Below, in pieces: positions 63,939-64,000 of a stretch of 64,000 nucleotides of DNA. Both the position numbers and the translations under genes were made by a program. This stretch comes from Leptogorgia sarmentosa. Lineage: Eukaryota. The notes beneath the pieces were generated by a model. The model was not told the DNA's origin. It was given only the letters and a program-made list of their open reading frames with translations, and searched no databases. Each line of letters begins with the position of its first letter. Within the stretch, counting starts at the first letter, position 1. The stretch lies in the NCBI GenBank assembly GCA_964658305.1, contig OZ210884.1, forward strand, positions 1,488,001 through 1,552,000, read 5' to 3'.

Positions 63939-64000
63939 AATAAAGGCGAAGAAGAATCGAACATCTGCCGCTTTTCAATAAATCTGCTATGTCGGAGAAG

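Overview
AT-rich eukaryotic genomic DNA, most likely a cnidarian such as a coral or octocoral. This is inferred from GT-AG introns, TTAGGG-like tracts, an intronless cnidarian-style GPCR and the transposon content. The dominant feature (~10.5-58 kb) is a tandem array of ~4.6-6.6 kb units carrying a three-coding-exon gene that the ORF track shows only in fragments. Spliced, it encodes a secreted ~186-aa cysteine-rich protein made of three internal repeats (C..W-x-x-SFD..C..Y-x-x-GL-x-R..[LI]E-x3-CC). From recalled sequence pattern, not a search, it resembles a stand-alone version of the beta-prism-like N-terminal 'small lobe' of the mollusc aerolysin-family toxin biomphalysin and related egg lectins. 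The array holds five intact copies (one inverted, one mosaic), two pseudogenes and one unit that has lost the gene. Amino-acid differences between copies cluster in the same two loops of each repeat. The left flank has a decayed intron-containing hAT transposase and a broken THAP domain. The right flank has a LINE fragment and an intact class A GPCR whose upstream region and 5' end are tandemly repeated. Many MITEs have visible TIRs and TSDs, and paralogous units often show the empty insertion site. No rRNA, tRNA or CRISPR array is supported.
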